A stretch of DNA of 64,000 bases from contig JAUSMB010000064.1 of assembly GCA_030645365.1 (NCBI GenBank), positions 23,989 to 87,988 of the forward strand. Reading direction: 5' to 3'. Both the position numbers and the translations under genes were made by a program. Each line of letters opens with the position of its first letter. Position 1 is the first letter of the stretch. Positions 18,939 to 28,599 of the stretch are shown one piece after another. Source of the stretch: Rugosibacter sp. Lineage in GTDB: Bacteria > Pseudomonadota > Gammaproteobacteria > Burkholderiales > Rhodocyclaceae. Under the pieces are notes generated by a model that ran no database searches, was not told the origin of the DNA, and was given only the letters and a program-made list of their open reading frames with translations.

Positions 18939-20111
18939 TCAGCCGAGTGGGTGACCACTCAACCCATACTGCGCACGGCCGTAGAACATCATGTGATCTT
19001 CATAGGCTTGACCTACTTGTAGTGACACCATGACCAAGTCGCGTGAAAACACCTCAACAATATCGCCTTTATATGTTGCGGCACCACCAAGCAATTCCAA
19101 CGTGCGAAAGCCGATTTGCATACCTGTTCTGGCAACCATCGATCGCCACGCACCTAGGCGATTTTCTTCTTGCGGAGTGCAAGCAGTTTTACCTTCGGCA
19201 CACCAATCTTCCAGCTGCTTTATATACCGTTCGTGCAAGGCTTCTGCCTGCTCGATTTGAGTTACTACTTCGCCAAAATTGCGCTGTGCTACTGGCGACT
19301 CCCATTCTTGTCCGCCAAGCAGGACACGCTGACGCGCTCGAATACGTGTATGCAACTCTTTTTGCAAACGCTGCATGCCACCCAGACTGATGGCACCAAA
19401 CCCCAGAGTAAACGCCGGCATAAAAGGGACACGATAAACGGGTTCTTGCGGATCATATTCGCCCCCGATCGGGGTGTTATTTTTCTTTGCGGCAGCAACC
19501 GGCAACACCCTGTGCCATGGCACAAAAACATCGTTAACTTTAATTCCTTTGCTCCCGCTGCCGCGCAACCCATAGGTATCCCAGTTCTGAATGATTTCCC
19601 CTTCAGCAACCTTGATAGTCACCAAACAGGGCTGTGGGCCGCTACCCGGCACATCAACAATCGCACCCAAGCCTATCCATTCGCAAAAATCAATGCCACT
19701 TCCCCAGTTCCACTGACCGCTTAAGCGCACACCGCCTTCAACATACGTCACCGTACCGATAGGAAAAAATATATCCGCCACAAACTTGTCGGCAGAAAAA
19801 ATTTCCTCACGACCTTGCGGTGGTAACAAGGCTACCCAGTTTTCATGCAACGGCATGAAGTAAGTCACCCAACCGCCAGAAACACTGTGTTGCGACACGG
19901 TGCGCACCACTTCAGAAAATGTCCGGTGCCCTAGGCCATGACCACCATAGCGTTTAGGACGCAACAAACGGTGCAGCTGCGTCTCGTGAATGGCGTCTTT
20001 GAGCTTGGTCGAGTACCCCCCGTTGCGATCCGCTTCGAAGAGTTCAGCTTCAGCCACTTGGCCAACATATTCCGCCCGTTTTATCGCTTCTTCATGAGTT
20101 AATTGCGCCAT
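18939..20111 (-). CDS. flavin-dependent monooxygenase, acyl-CoA-dehydrogenase fold (two-component oxygenase-like), paralogue 2
   Basis: ORF 18939..20120. ATG 20111 lies 8 nt after GAGGAG. About 390 aa with ACAD-like architecture (GQWNWGSGIDFCEW, LGGAATYKGDIVEVFSRD), resembling the HsaA/DszC/HpaH-C2 type oxygenases. Confidence 0.65.
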   Translation of the reverse strand: MAQLTHEEAIKRAEYVGQVAEAELFEADRNGGYSTKLKDAIHETQLHRLLRPKRYGGHGLGHRTFSEVVRTVSQHSVSGGWVTYFMPLHENWVALLPPQGREEIFSADKFVADIFFPIGTVTYVEGGVRLSGQWNWGSGIDFCEWIGLGAIVDVPGSGPQPCLVTIKVAEGEIIQNWDTYGLRGSGSKGIKVNDVFVPWHRVLPVAAAKKNNTPIGGEYDPQEPVYRVPFMPAFTLGFGAISLGGMQRLQKELHTRIRARQRVLLGGQEWESPVAQRNFGEVVTQIEQAEALHERYIKQLEDWCAEGKTACTPQEENRLGAWRSMVARTGMQIGFRTLELLGGAATYKGDIVEVFSRDLVMVSLQVGQAYEDHMMFYGRAQYGLSGHPLG

Positions 20112-20140
20112 GACCTTCACTCCTCATTCATTATTTTATT

Positions 20141-20170
20141 AAGCCAAAAAAGCGGGGGTCTGCGCCCCCC
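20141..20170 (-). terminator. rho-independent terminator between the monooxygenase paralogues
   Basis: Minus strand reads ggggggcgcagacccccgc followed by tttttt. Confidence 0.5.
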
Positions 20171-20221
20171 TGAATGCTTTTAATCACTCCATTTTCGTAG
20201 CGACTTGCGCAACAGTTTGAC

Positions 20222-21400
20222 TTAACCCAGTGGATGTCCGCTCAAACCATATTGCGTACGGCCGTAATACATCATGTGGTCTTCATAAATTTGCGTCACA
20301 TGAATGGAAACCATCATCAGATCACGGGCAAAGACTTCCACGATATCGCCTTTGTAAGTCGCCGCTCCACCCAATAACTCCAGGGTGCGAAAACCCACCT
20401 GAGCCGCTGTTTTAGCGATGGATGAACGCCAGGCAGACAGACGGTTTTCTTCTAAAGGCGAGACGGATGTCGTACCTGCGATGCGCCAGTCTTCAAGCTG
20501 CTGCACATAACGGTCATTTAACGCTTCTGCTTGCTCGATCCAGGTAGTCACCTCGCCCAGATTGCGCTGTGCCACGGGGGATTCCCATTCTTGCCCACCC
20601 AATACCACGCGCTGGCGCGCCTTGATGCGGCTATGCAACTCTTTATGCAAGCGCTGCATGGCGCCAATACACACCGAATTAAAACCCAGTGCGAAGGCTG
20701 GCATGAAAGGCACGCGATAAACTGGCTCATCGGCGTCGTATTCGCCACCGATCGGCGTCACGCTGCCTTTGGCACTGCCCACCGGCAATACCCGATGCCA
20801 GGGTACGAACACATCTTGCACCTTGATGCCTTTGCTACCTGTGCCACGCAGGCCAAACGTATCCCAGTTTTGAATGACTTCGCCTTCGGAAACACGCACA
20901 GTCACCAGGCAAGGTTGCGGGCCGCAATCAGTGCCCGGCACATCCACAATGGCACCCAGACCGATCCATTCACAAAAATCAATGCCGCTGCCCCAGTTCC
21001 ACTGGCCACTCAAGCGCACGCCGCCGTCGACATAGTCAACCTTGCCAATGGGGAAAAAAATATCCGCAACAAATTTATCTTCGCTGAAAATCTCTTCGCG
21101 GCCCTTCGGGGGCAATAGCGCAACCCAGGTTTCATGCAAGGGCATGAAATATGTCACCCATGCACCGGAAACGCTGTGCTGGCCAATGGTGCGCACCACC
21201 TCTGAAAAAGTGCGGTGTGTCATACCAAAGCCGCCATAACGCTTGGGGCGCATCAAACGATGCAATTGCATTTCGTGAATCGCGTCTTTCAATTTTGTCG
21301 AATAGCCGCCTCGACGGTCTGCTTCGAACAATTCGGCTTCAGCGATCTGGCCGACATATTCCGCACGTTTGATGGCTTCCTCATGGGTTAATTGCGTCAC
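20222..21400 (-). CDS. flavin-dependent monooxygenase, acyl-CoA-dehydrogenase fold, paralogue 1
   Basis: ORF 20222..21454. By alignment with the paralogue, the start is GTG 21400 (VTQLTHEEAIKRAEYVGQ), 8 nt after AGAGAGGA. About four-fifths of residues are identical to 18939..20111 by eye. Confidence 0.65.
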   Translation of the reverse strand: MTQLTHEEAIKRAEYVGQIAEAELFEADRRGGYSTKLKDAIHEMQLHRLMRPKRYGGFGMTHRTFSEVVRTIGQHSVSGAWVTYFMPLHETWVALLPPKGREEIFSEDKFVADIFFPIGKVDYVDGGVRLSGQWNWGSGIDFCEWIGLGAIVDVPGTDCGPQPCLVTVRVSEGEVIQNWDTFGLRGTGSKGIKVQDVFVPWHRVLPVGSAKGSVTPIGGEYDADEPVYRVPFMPAFALGFNSVCIGAMQRLHKELHSRIKARQRVVLGGQEWESPVAQRNLGEVTTWIEQAEALNDRYVQQLEDWRIAGTTSVSPLEENRLSAWRSSIAKTAAQVGFRTLELLGGAATYKGDIVEVFARDLMMVSIHVTQIYEDHMMYYGRTQYGLSGHPLG

Positions 21401-21433
21401 GATCAATGTCCTCTCTAACTTTCTGGTTTTGTA

Positions 21434-21464
21434 TAAGAAAAAACGGGAGCTCACGCTCCCGTTT
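21434..21464 (-). terminator. rho-independent terminator after the DUF1329 gene
   Basis: aaacgggagc / gctcccgttt 10-bp stem with a 4-nt loop, followed on the minus strand by tttttt. Confidence 0.6.
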
Positions 21465-21484
21465 GAATTCAGCTTCTTGAACGA

Positions 21485-22801
21485 TTAGTCTCCGCCGCGC
21501 AAATTCTGCACTTGGAAAATAGTTGCCGGATTTTTGGCCGGATCAATCTCACCGCGGAAAGTAATTGCTGTACAGTGATTTGACTGCAAATCTATCACCG
21601 AGCCCGAGTCATCCAGCGGAATACCTGAGTCTTTGTTGATTGATAGATGAAAATCAGGATGTGCTTTACCAATTTGGAAGGACTTCCAGATTTCGCCTTT
21701 ACGATCATAGATAGTCGACATGGAAGGCGTCATGATCTGAGCATCCAGATAAATCAAGCGCTTGCTGATAGGATGACCAGCATCTACCGGGCGGCCTTCA
21801 AGCACATGGACTTTACGTAATTGCCAGGTGATATCCGGCGTGCAATTTGCCTTACCAGTGAAACCAATAAATTTATATCCGTCAGCTTCCTTGAAATCAG
21901 GATGGAATTTTTTCATCTCATTATGCTTGTAGTAAGGCATCAGCGCATTTTTGGTTTCGATGAACTTCCATTTGTAGTCAGATACTCGACCGTTGTAGCC
22001 TTCAAAATCTTCGATCATCAAGTCGGAGCCTAGGAAGGAATCCGTTGTCTGGCCCGTAGCCAAGCGACGCACGCGACGCTGAAACCCAAGGTATAGATAC
22101 GCATCACTACGTTTTAAATCATCCTCATAGGCCTGAATCAGCAGTTGGGTGTTTTTCAGATCCAGTGGCTCATGTACCTTGACATAAGTACCGCGATAAA
22201 GCTGCGATGGATTCGGCGTGATATTGGGCTTTGGGTCATTTACGATGCGATGCATGAAGTTCAGGAAGTGAAACTCAAACTTCATGGTGCGCTCAATCGC
22301 GCCAGTATTGGCATTGATATAACGCCAATAGAACGGGTAAATAATAGCGCCGTCACCCCAGTTCAAACCATATTTGAAGTTCCAGGCCAGCTTTTCACCC
22401 GCACGCGGGTCGGAGGCAGAGGGTTGTTGCGGGAAAGGGCGGCCAGAGACAAAGCCCTCAATCGTCGTGCCCAGCTTGACCTTATCAGCATGTTGCTTCG
22501 TAGCTTCAATATACGGCTTGGGCAGCGGCATATCAAATGTGGCAGCTACAGGAATTTCCATCCAGCCGTCTTTAATTAACTTGAAGTGACCCGGGATAAT
22601 AATATCCTTGAACTGGTCGACGTTGCTTTTGTTGATCACCATGCCGGCTTTTAGGCCAGGTGCGGTAGGAAAGCCTTTTTTGTAAGGAAAGAACGCTTCT
22701 TCCAGCTCGGCATCGGTCACAGCATGCGCTGCCTGGGCTAGAAATGCTGCGGCACACGCAGCAACAATTTTCAGGGTACGGGTGTTTGCCTTGATATTCA
22801 T
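21485..22801 (-). CDS. DUF1329 family periplasmic/outer-membrane-associated protein (LolA-like fold)
   Basis: ORF 21485..22897. The start is taken at ATG 22801 (MNIKANTRTLKIVAACAAAFLAQAAHA signal peptide) after GAGAGG. Sequence and size match my recollection of DUF1329 proteins that pair with DUF1302. Confidence 0.6.
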   Translation of the reverse strand: MNIKANTRTLKIVAACAAAFLAQAAHAVTDAELEEAFFPYKKGFPTAPGLKAGMVINKSNVDQFKDIIIPGHFKLIKDGWMEIPVAATFDMPLPKPYIEATKQHADKVKLGTTIEGFVSGRPFPQQPSASDPRAGEKLAWNFKYGLNWGDGAIIYPFYWRYINANTGAIERTMKFEFHFLNFMHRIVNDPKPNITPNPSQLYRGTYVKVHEPLDLKNTQLLIQAYEDDLKRSDAYLYLGFQRRVRRLATGQTTDSFLGSDLMIEDFEGYNGRVSDYKWKFIETKNALMPYYKHNEMKKFHPDFKEADGYKFIGFTGKANCTPDITWQLRKVHVLEGRPVDAGHPISKRLIYLDAQIMTPSMSTIYDRKGEIWKSFQIGKAHPDFHLSINKDSGIPLDDSGSVIDLQSNHCTAITFRGEIDPAKNPATIFQVQNLRGGD

Positions 22802-22870
22802 TGCAGTAACCTCTCTCGTGGTGTATTTGAAATAGTTCGTTATTGACTGGTGGTTGGTCGGCGCTGTTTT

Positions 22871-22894
22871 ACCGTATTGCCAGCGCCGACTTTT
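22871..22894 (-). repeat. dispersed 24-nt word, copy 6 (DUF1302-DUF1329 spacer)
   Basis: + strand reads accgtattgccagcgccgactttt. In gene sense it begins 9 nt after the DUF1302 stop. Confidence 0.9.
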
Positions 22895-22903
22895 CACCTG
22901 CGA

Positions 22904-25012
22904 TCAGAACTTGTATTTCATGCTGAATTGAATTTCGTCTTCTCTCCATGCGGCGCCAATCGGACCAGCTCGGAAAGCGCCGAGGGGTACTAAACCGCTA
23001 AGACCCCATGCGCCAGGGCCTGTTTGCGTATTGCCATTAGCATCGGTGTATGCGCCAAAGGGAGCAAATGAACCGGAATCTCGTTGATCTGCAAAATGCA
23101 AGCGCTTGTCATCATCAAGGAACTTGAAGTTTGCGCCCACATTAAATGACAGGTTGTCAGAATAGCGATATGACACGGATGGTGCCACAGCAAATGCGTG
23201 CGCTTTAAAGTCACGTGCCAGCACTACTTGTGGGTTCAACCGGGCATTCAGCAAGGAGGCACGGATCAGCAAAGTACCGGTGAAGTTATTTTCCCAATCC
23301 ACCATACCTACTTTTCCAAATGGACGGTCATATAACTCATGGTCAAAAATATGCTGATAGAAAAGCTGCGCTGAGAACAGCGTGGCTTCGGCTTCGTTGA
23401 TCCAGGGAATGATCGTGGGTCGATCCAAACCGATCACTGAACGAAACACTCGGTTTTTAGAATAGCCCGAAGCTTGCGCCGAATTACCAAACTCTTCACC
23501 GTGGGTCAATGCGGCTTCTAGGCGAACAGCTAGATTGGCATCTGGAATCTGAAAGTCAGCCGAACCCCCAATCAAACTGACACGAGGGTAGACCAGATCA
23601 AAAGCTATCAGGTCGGATGTATTTACTATCGCCCCAGTAAAGGGGTTCAGTGCACCCACATTAAACATGTGCAGACTGGGCAGCTGTGAGCGATAGGTCA
23701 GGCCATTAAGCGAGAAACTGAAACCCCCTGCTGTAACGCCTTCCCATTTGATACCTAGTTGGGTGTTTTTAAACGACCAATCGGGCAGCTCGACATTACG
23801 AATACCAATGGTGTGCGGACCAAAATCAGTGGATAGATGGGGGCCATTTCCTGGTGTGCCAGGAGGAAGAGCACTGGCAAAGTTAGCAATCGTACCCCCG
23901 TTATCCCAAAGCGACTTGAACGCACGGAGGATACACGCCGCATCGAGAATCGAATTCGGCGTGCCGCACTGGCCCAGATTATTTGGCCGGAACTGATCAA
24001 AGTTCCACACTACCGAGACGTTACGATCCTGGAAGGTATCGCTTGCACCCATGCGATATTCAGCTTGCAATATCCACATCGGAATACGGATGTCTTGCAG
24101 CTCATCGTAGATGTTGTTGCGCGAATAGTCGACCGGGTTGATCACATCCAGCACGCGGAACAAATCGGTACGGCCCCAGACTACCTGCTGTTTACCGAGC
24201 TTGACAAACACTTGTTTGCCATCATCCAGGTTGAAATTTTTCTTGACGTAGAACTCGCGAATAAAATCCAGCTTGCTGTTAAATTCCGGCGACTCTAACT
24301 CGCTACGCTTTTTATCCCCATAGCCACCAAAATCAGTACAGCCGCGGTTATCCACATCGCATGGGCGTACCGGCACAGCAACTTGCACCCCACCGGGATT
24401 GTTGCCCCAGCGATCAAACAGTACACGCAAACCCTGGTTAGGGTTATATGGCAAATTGGCTACCGCCGCAGGACTTGTGGAGGGATTAACCTGCCCACCA
24501 GGAATCGTTGAGTTAAAACCAAAAGCATTTGAAGGCGGAAGTCCTATCCCTTGCGCTGTAGCCCAATTGACAACACCTTGCCCAAAAGGTAAATAATGAC
24601 CAGGGGTACCTGCGAGAGCAGAGCTTTCCAGCGCTACTGCACCACCCGCATTCCTGCCATACTCATCCTTATTCAGCTGATATACGCCGTCATAAGTGCC
24701 ACGGAAAATACCGTGAAAGGCCCAGCCGTTCGAAAGATCTTTATCAGCTTCTGCCTGCAAGGTATTGCGGAATTTGGATAGCCCGACACTGTTGCCCGTG
24801 TTGTCTTTGCCACGAAAGTAGGTGGCGTTCTCATAAAAAACATCCACTTTCCACGGGCTGGAACCTTCGCCCAGCGCGGGCAAGCTCTCTTGCCCAAAAG
24901 CTTGTGGTGTCAATGTGACAGCGGCCAAGCCTAGCGACACTATGGTCGCGAATTTAGTTGTGTATTTGGTCGCGTAACTGCGGAAGTTATTATTCCGTTT
25001 GTGCTTGTACAT
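22904..25012 (-). CDS. DUF1302 family outer-membrane protein (predicted large beta-barrel)
   Basis: 702 aa. Signal peptide ...LGLAAVTLTPQAFGQE, alternating beta-strand-like pattern, C-terminal ...IQFSMKYKF (aromatic terminal residue typical of OMPs). Confidence 0.6.
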   Translation of the reverse strand: MYKHKRNNNFRSYATKYTTKFATIVSLGLAAVTLTPQAFGQESLPALGEGSSPWKVDVFYENATYFRGKDNTGNSVGLSKFRNTLQAEADKDLSNGWAFHGIFRGTYDGVYQLNKDEYGRNAGGAVALESSALAGTPGHYLPFGQGVVNWATAQGIGLPPSNAFGFNSTIPGGQVNPSTSPAAVANLPYNPNQGLRVLFDRWGNNPGGVQVAVPVRPCDVDNRGCTDFGGYGDKKRSELESPEFNSKLDFIREFYVKKNFNLDDGKQVFVKLGKQQVVWGRTDLFRVLDVINPVDYSRNNIYDELQDIRIPMWILQAEYRMGASDTFQDRNVSVVWNFDQFRPNNLGQCGTPNSILDAACILRAFKSLWDNGGTIANFASALPPGTPGNGPHLSTDFGPHTIGIRNVELPDWSFKNTQLGIKWEGVTAGGFSFSLNGLTYRSQLPSLHMFNVGALNPFTGAIVNTSDLIAFDLVYPRVSLIGGSADFQIPDANLAVRLEAALTHGEEFGNSAQASGYSKNRVFRSVIGLDRPTIIPWINEAEATLFSAQLFYQHIFDHELYDRPFGKVGMVDWENNFTGTLLIRASLLNARLNPQVVLARDFKAHAFAVAPSVSYRYSDNLSFNVGANFKFLDDDKRLHFADQRDSGSFAPFGAYTDANGNTQTGPGAWGLSGLVPLGAFRAGPIGAAWREDEIQFSMKYKF

Positions 25013-25136
25013 TGCTTACCCCCTATAAGTTAAACACTTCGCCAGCCTGCTCTACCAACATGTTGCTGGCAAAACCACTTCACGCCGCTAAATCCTGCGG
25101 AAAATAACTTACGACTCCACCTGCTTTTTATTGTTT

Positions 25137-25173
25137 CTGCCAACGCCAATATTTTCTATATTGGCGTTGGCAG
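25137..25173. repeat. perfect 15-bp inverted repeat (hairpin) between the RND and DUF1302 genes
   Basis: ctgccaacgccaata (25137-25151) / tattggcgttggcag (25159-25173). The T-run follows it on the + strand, although both neighbouring genes are on the minus strand. Confidence 0.8.
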
Positions 25174-25185
25174 AGTTTTTCTTTT

Positions 25186-27591
25186 TTAAACTTTTTCTTG
25201 AATCACGCCATCCGCATCAACTTCAGTAGCTGTAACGAAATGCGGTTTAAATACAACACACCAGGCAGGAACAATAAACATGGCCGCAATAGCGTTCACA
25301 ATCAGCATGAACGAGAGCAGCATGGCGGTATCTGACTGAAAACGCAGACTCGACATGAATATCCACAAAACCACACCTGCAATGAGCGTGGCAGCCGTAA
25401 AACTCACCGCATAACCGGTGGTGGCCACAGCGTTGATCACGGCTTTGTGCATATTGCGCGTATGGGCAAACTCTTCACGGATGCGGTCCATAAAGTACAC
25501 CGCGTAGTCAATACCCACTCCAACGCCCACGGTAATCACCGGCACTGTATTTACGTTGATGCCGATATTTTTCCAGCCCATATAGGCATAGGTCATGGCA
25601 GTAGCAAACAACATGGGGAAGATCATTAGCCAGCCAGCGTGCAGCGACTGGTAATACACAGCAACCAGCAAGAAAGACAACACCAGCACAGCGGGAATAA
25701 TAATCATGTGATCACGGTGCAATGCTTCGTTACCTGCTGCGTTTACCCCAATGATGCCGCCCGCAAGCTCCACATGCACACCTGGCACTTCGGCTTCGAT
25801 CATCTTCTTGCCTTCGAGCGCCATGGCGGTGGCACGAGTGATGGTTGTAGCCTGATGATCTTTGTAATAAAAGACGAGGTTAGCTTCGGTATCTTCTGGC
25901 GTGATGAATTCTTTTAGCGCGCCAGGAATCGGACTTGAAGCCATGAAGGCAAACATGAGGCCACCACTTTCTGCGGCTGTCGATGGTGTTTGCATCCAGC
26001 GTGGATCATCACTGTGTGTCAGCCGGTTGAAAACACGCACGACAATGGGCAGCGCCCTGGTGCCACCAACGGCGGGGTCACTCATCATGTGCGCTTGAAA
26101 GCGCTCAACCGCCGCCATAACAGCCGGCTTTTTAATGCCGCCGGGCTCATCGGTGCGAATGATAATGTTGAGTTCTTCCGAGCCAGGGAAGCGTTCGTTA
26201 ATTGCCTTGGTCGACAAGTTGAAGTCGTGATCACGGGCCAAGAGTGGTGAACCGGGCTCAGATTCACCAATCTGAACGTGACGGATAAGGGTGAAAGATC
26301 CTGCCATAAGCAAGAAAGTTATCAGCAGAATCACACGTGCGCCGGTGGTGGTGCCACCCGTGTAACGCATGAATGCGCCTAGAGCATCACGAACCGCCAC
26401 ATTACCATTCATGGTTTTCTTGGGTTGCGGTAGTACACTCAAAGCCAGCGGAATCATGAAATGCACGGTGAAAATAACCGAGAAGCCCCAGAAGCCAGCC
26501 GCCGCACCCAACTTGGTGTTAAACGGCGCAGTACCGAGCATCAGTACGGTAATCCCGATGGCGTCTACAATAATCGCCAGTGAGCCAGGACGGAACAGCG
26601 CTTCCAATGTTTTACGTGCGGAAATAGCTGCATTTTTATGCACATCAAGCTCTTCGTAGTATCGCGAAACGAGCTGTGTGCCGTGCGACATGGCACGAGC
26701 GGCAATCAAGAATGGAATCGGCAAGCTCAAAGGCTCAAGATTGATACCCATTGCCGCCATGAAACCTAACCCCCACAGCGTAGAAAGCGCAATGCCCAAT
26801 ATTGGCAGTGCAATCCCGTACAGTCGGCGATAATAAAGAATCAATAGCGTGGCTAACAAAACTGCCGTCCAGGCAAGAATTGAAACCATCTCCGGCAAAT
26901 AGGTGTATACCCAAGCTGTCAGTACCGGGTTACCTGTGACATGAACTTTATGTCCAGAACTCGCTAACGAATCACGCAGTGTTTTTAGCTCATTGAAAAA
27001 CTTAGGATAATCAACATTTCCTTCGTTAAGCTGGGCGCGGATTAGTGCAGCTTTGAGGTCAGGCGAGACTAAAAGACCATATACCGCTGGGTCAGCCAGA
27101 ATATCCGCTTGTAATTTAGCCAAGCGCTCTGGTGTGTATTTTGGCTCTTGGCTATCGTAGTAAAGCTCGGAAACAAACCCACCTTCAGGAGAGAGCGATA
27201 CTTTACGCACCGTGCGATGGGCAAGTGAGCTAACCAAATTGTGATTAACGCTAGGCAGGTTATCAACGCCTTGCGTCGCCTTGTGAATCAAGGCCAACGT
27301 TTGCTCGTTAAAAATGGTGCCTTTTTCAACCTCAATGGCCATGATGACGGAATTAGCGCCACCAAAGTTCTCTTTCATCCGATTGTACACTTGGATGTAG
27401 GCATGCTTTTGTGGCAGCAGATCATTAAAGTCACTGAAAATCTGCAATTTCGGCACTTGCCAGGCAAACGCTGCCGTCATAATCCCGACGATTGCAAGAA
27501 CAATTTTGGGGTTGGCAAACAGCCAATCCTCGCCGCGATGAAGGAAATGGGTCATTTTGTCGCGGAAACCTACGAACGCTCGTGTAACCAT
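25186..27591 (-). CDS. RND-superfamily exporter (MMPL/HpnN-like, 12 TM with two periplasmic loops)
   Basis: 801 aa. Two blocks of 5-6 hydrophobic helices, each preceded by a large soluble loop. This is the typical partner of DUF1302/DUF1329/BNR genes. Confidence 0.7.
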   Translation of the reverse strand: MVTRAFVGFRDKMTHFLHRGEDWLFANPKIVLAIVGIMTAAFAWQVPKLQIFSDFNDLLPQKHAYIQVYNRMKENFGGANSVIMAIEVEKGTIFNEQTLALIHKATQGVDNLPSVNHNLVSSLAHRTVRKVSLSPEGGFVSELYYDSQEPKYTPERLAKLQADILADPAVYGLLVSPDLKAALIRAQLNEGNVDYPKFFNELKTLRDSLASSGHKVHVTGNPVLTAWVYTYLPEMVSILAWTAVLLATLLILYYRRLYGIALPILGIALSTLWGLGFMAAMGINLEPLSLPIPFLIAARAMSHGTQLVSRYYEELDVHKNAAISARKTLEALFRPGSLAIIVDAIGITVLMLGTAPFNTKLGAAAGFWGFSVIFTVHFMIPLALSVLPQPKKTMNGNVAVRDALGAFMRYTGGTTTGARVILLITFLLMAGSFTLIRHVQIGESEPGSPLLARDHDFNLSTKAINERFPGSEELNIIIRTDEPGGIKKPAVMAAVERFQAHMMSDPAVGGTRALPIVVRVFNRLTHSDDPRWMQTPSTAAESGGLMFAFMASSPIPGALKEFITPEDTEANLVFYYKDHQATTITRATAMALEGKKMIEAEVPGVHVELAGGIIGVNAAGNEALHRDHMIIIPAVLVLSFLLVAVYYQSLHAGWLMIFPMLFATAMTYAYMGWKNIGINVNTVPVITVGVGVGIDYAVYFMDRIREEFAHTRNMHKAVINAVATTGYAVSFTAATLIAGVVLWIFMSSLRFQSDTAMLLSFMLIVNAIAAMFIVPAWCVVFKPHFVTATEVDADGVIQEKV

Positions 27592-27639
27592 AATCTTTGG
27601 TGACTCCGGTTAATTACTTTGTTGATTAATTAGTGATGA

Positions 27640-28599
27640 TCACTTTATTAGCACAGAACGCAGCAATCCAGCCGGACCGCCAATCAGAAGATTGTCACTT
27701 CCTTCAAGTGATGCGCCGCTACCCAGAAACACAGGAATCGCATCGGGATAAGTGACTGGCTGCCAAACTTCGCCTTCCAGCCGCGCTACCGTACCGCGAG
27801 CACCAACGCCATAGGGTGTGCCTTTATGCAGGAACAATCGATACAATGGAGCGCCTGCTTTGCTCTCCTTGATCTCCCAAGTTTTACCACCATCCTTGGT
27901 TAGCCGCATCTGACCTGCAACACCTGAAACCCAGGCGGTGTTCTCGTCAATGAACAAAACATCGTAAGCATAAAAATCTTCGGATACCGGGGTTAGCTTC
28001 TGCCAGGTCTCACCACCGTCGTCTGTTCTTAGCACAAGACCAAATTCACCCATCGCAATCGCGCGTTGTTCATTGACCCAACGCAAAGTGGTAATTTGTG
28101 CATCCTGCTGGTTATCAATGACACGCCACGTTTTCCCCTGGTCGCTGCTTTTGGCAATAGTGGCATAAGTGCCCGCAACCCACCATGCGCCAGACTTGTC
28201 GCAGGAAATGGTTAAGCCTGTTTGGGGGGCTTCAAGTTTGTGCGCAACCCATTTTTGGCCTTTGACATCACTGCCCCAGACTCGGCCATAAAAATCGAGG
28301 CCAATAAAACTCCCATCGGAACAAGACGCCATGTCAATGATGGAAGCCAGGAACGGTTTATCGAGCTCTTGACGAGTCCAGGTTTTACCCGAGTCAACAG
28401 AGGTAATGACCGCGCCGCTTTGCGTCCCCACAACAACGTGGGTGCCATGTGTTGCCATGGCCTGCATGATATCGCTGCGCTGTATGGGCTTGGCGCGCTC
28501 GGTTTGCACTGCGGTGAGATCCGCTTCGCCGCTGCAGCCACTCAAGCCGACAAGCAATGCAGCACATGCCAGGCTAATCGTAGAGGTTTTGATTTTCAT
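27640..28599 (-). CDS. Ycf48-like BNR/Asp-box beta-propeller lipoprotein
   Basis: Lipobox LVGLSGC. Four Asp-boxes: SVDSGKTW, SSDQGKTW, TDDGGETW, TKDGGKTW. Confidence 0.75.
   Translation of the reverse strand: MKIKTSTISLACAALLVGLSGCSGEADLTAVQTERAKPIQRSDIMQAMATHGTHVVVGTQSGAVITSVDSGKTWTRQELDKPFLASIIDMASCSDGSFIGLDFYGRVWGSDVKGQKWVAHKLEAPQTGLTISCDKSGAWWVAGTYATIAKSSDQGKTWRVIDNQQDAQITTLRWVNEQRAIAMGEFGLVLRTDDGGETWQKLTPVSEDFYAYDVLFIDENTAWVSGVAGQMRLTKDGGKTWEIKESKAGAPLYRLFLHKGTPYGVGARGTVARLEGEVWQPVTYPDAIPVFLGSGASLEGSDNLLIGGPAGLLRSVLIK

Noticed and set aside
19170-21118. Pair of similar + strand ORFs (184 and 195 aa) opposite the two monooxygenase genes
   Set aside because: Their mutual similarity simply mirrors the duplication of the minus-strand genes. 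There are no start-context or motif features.
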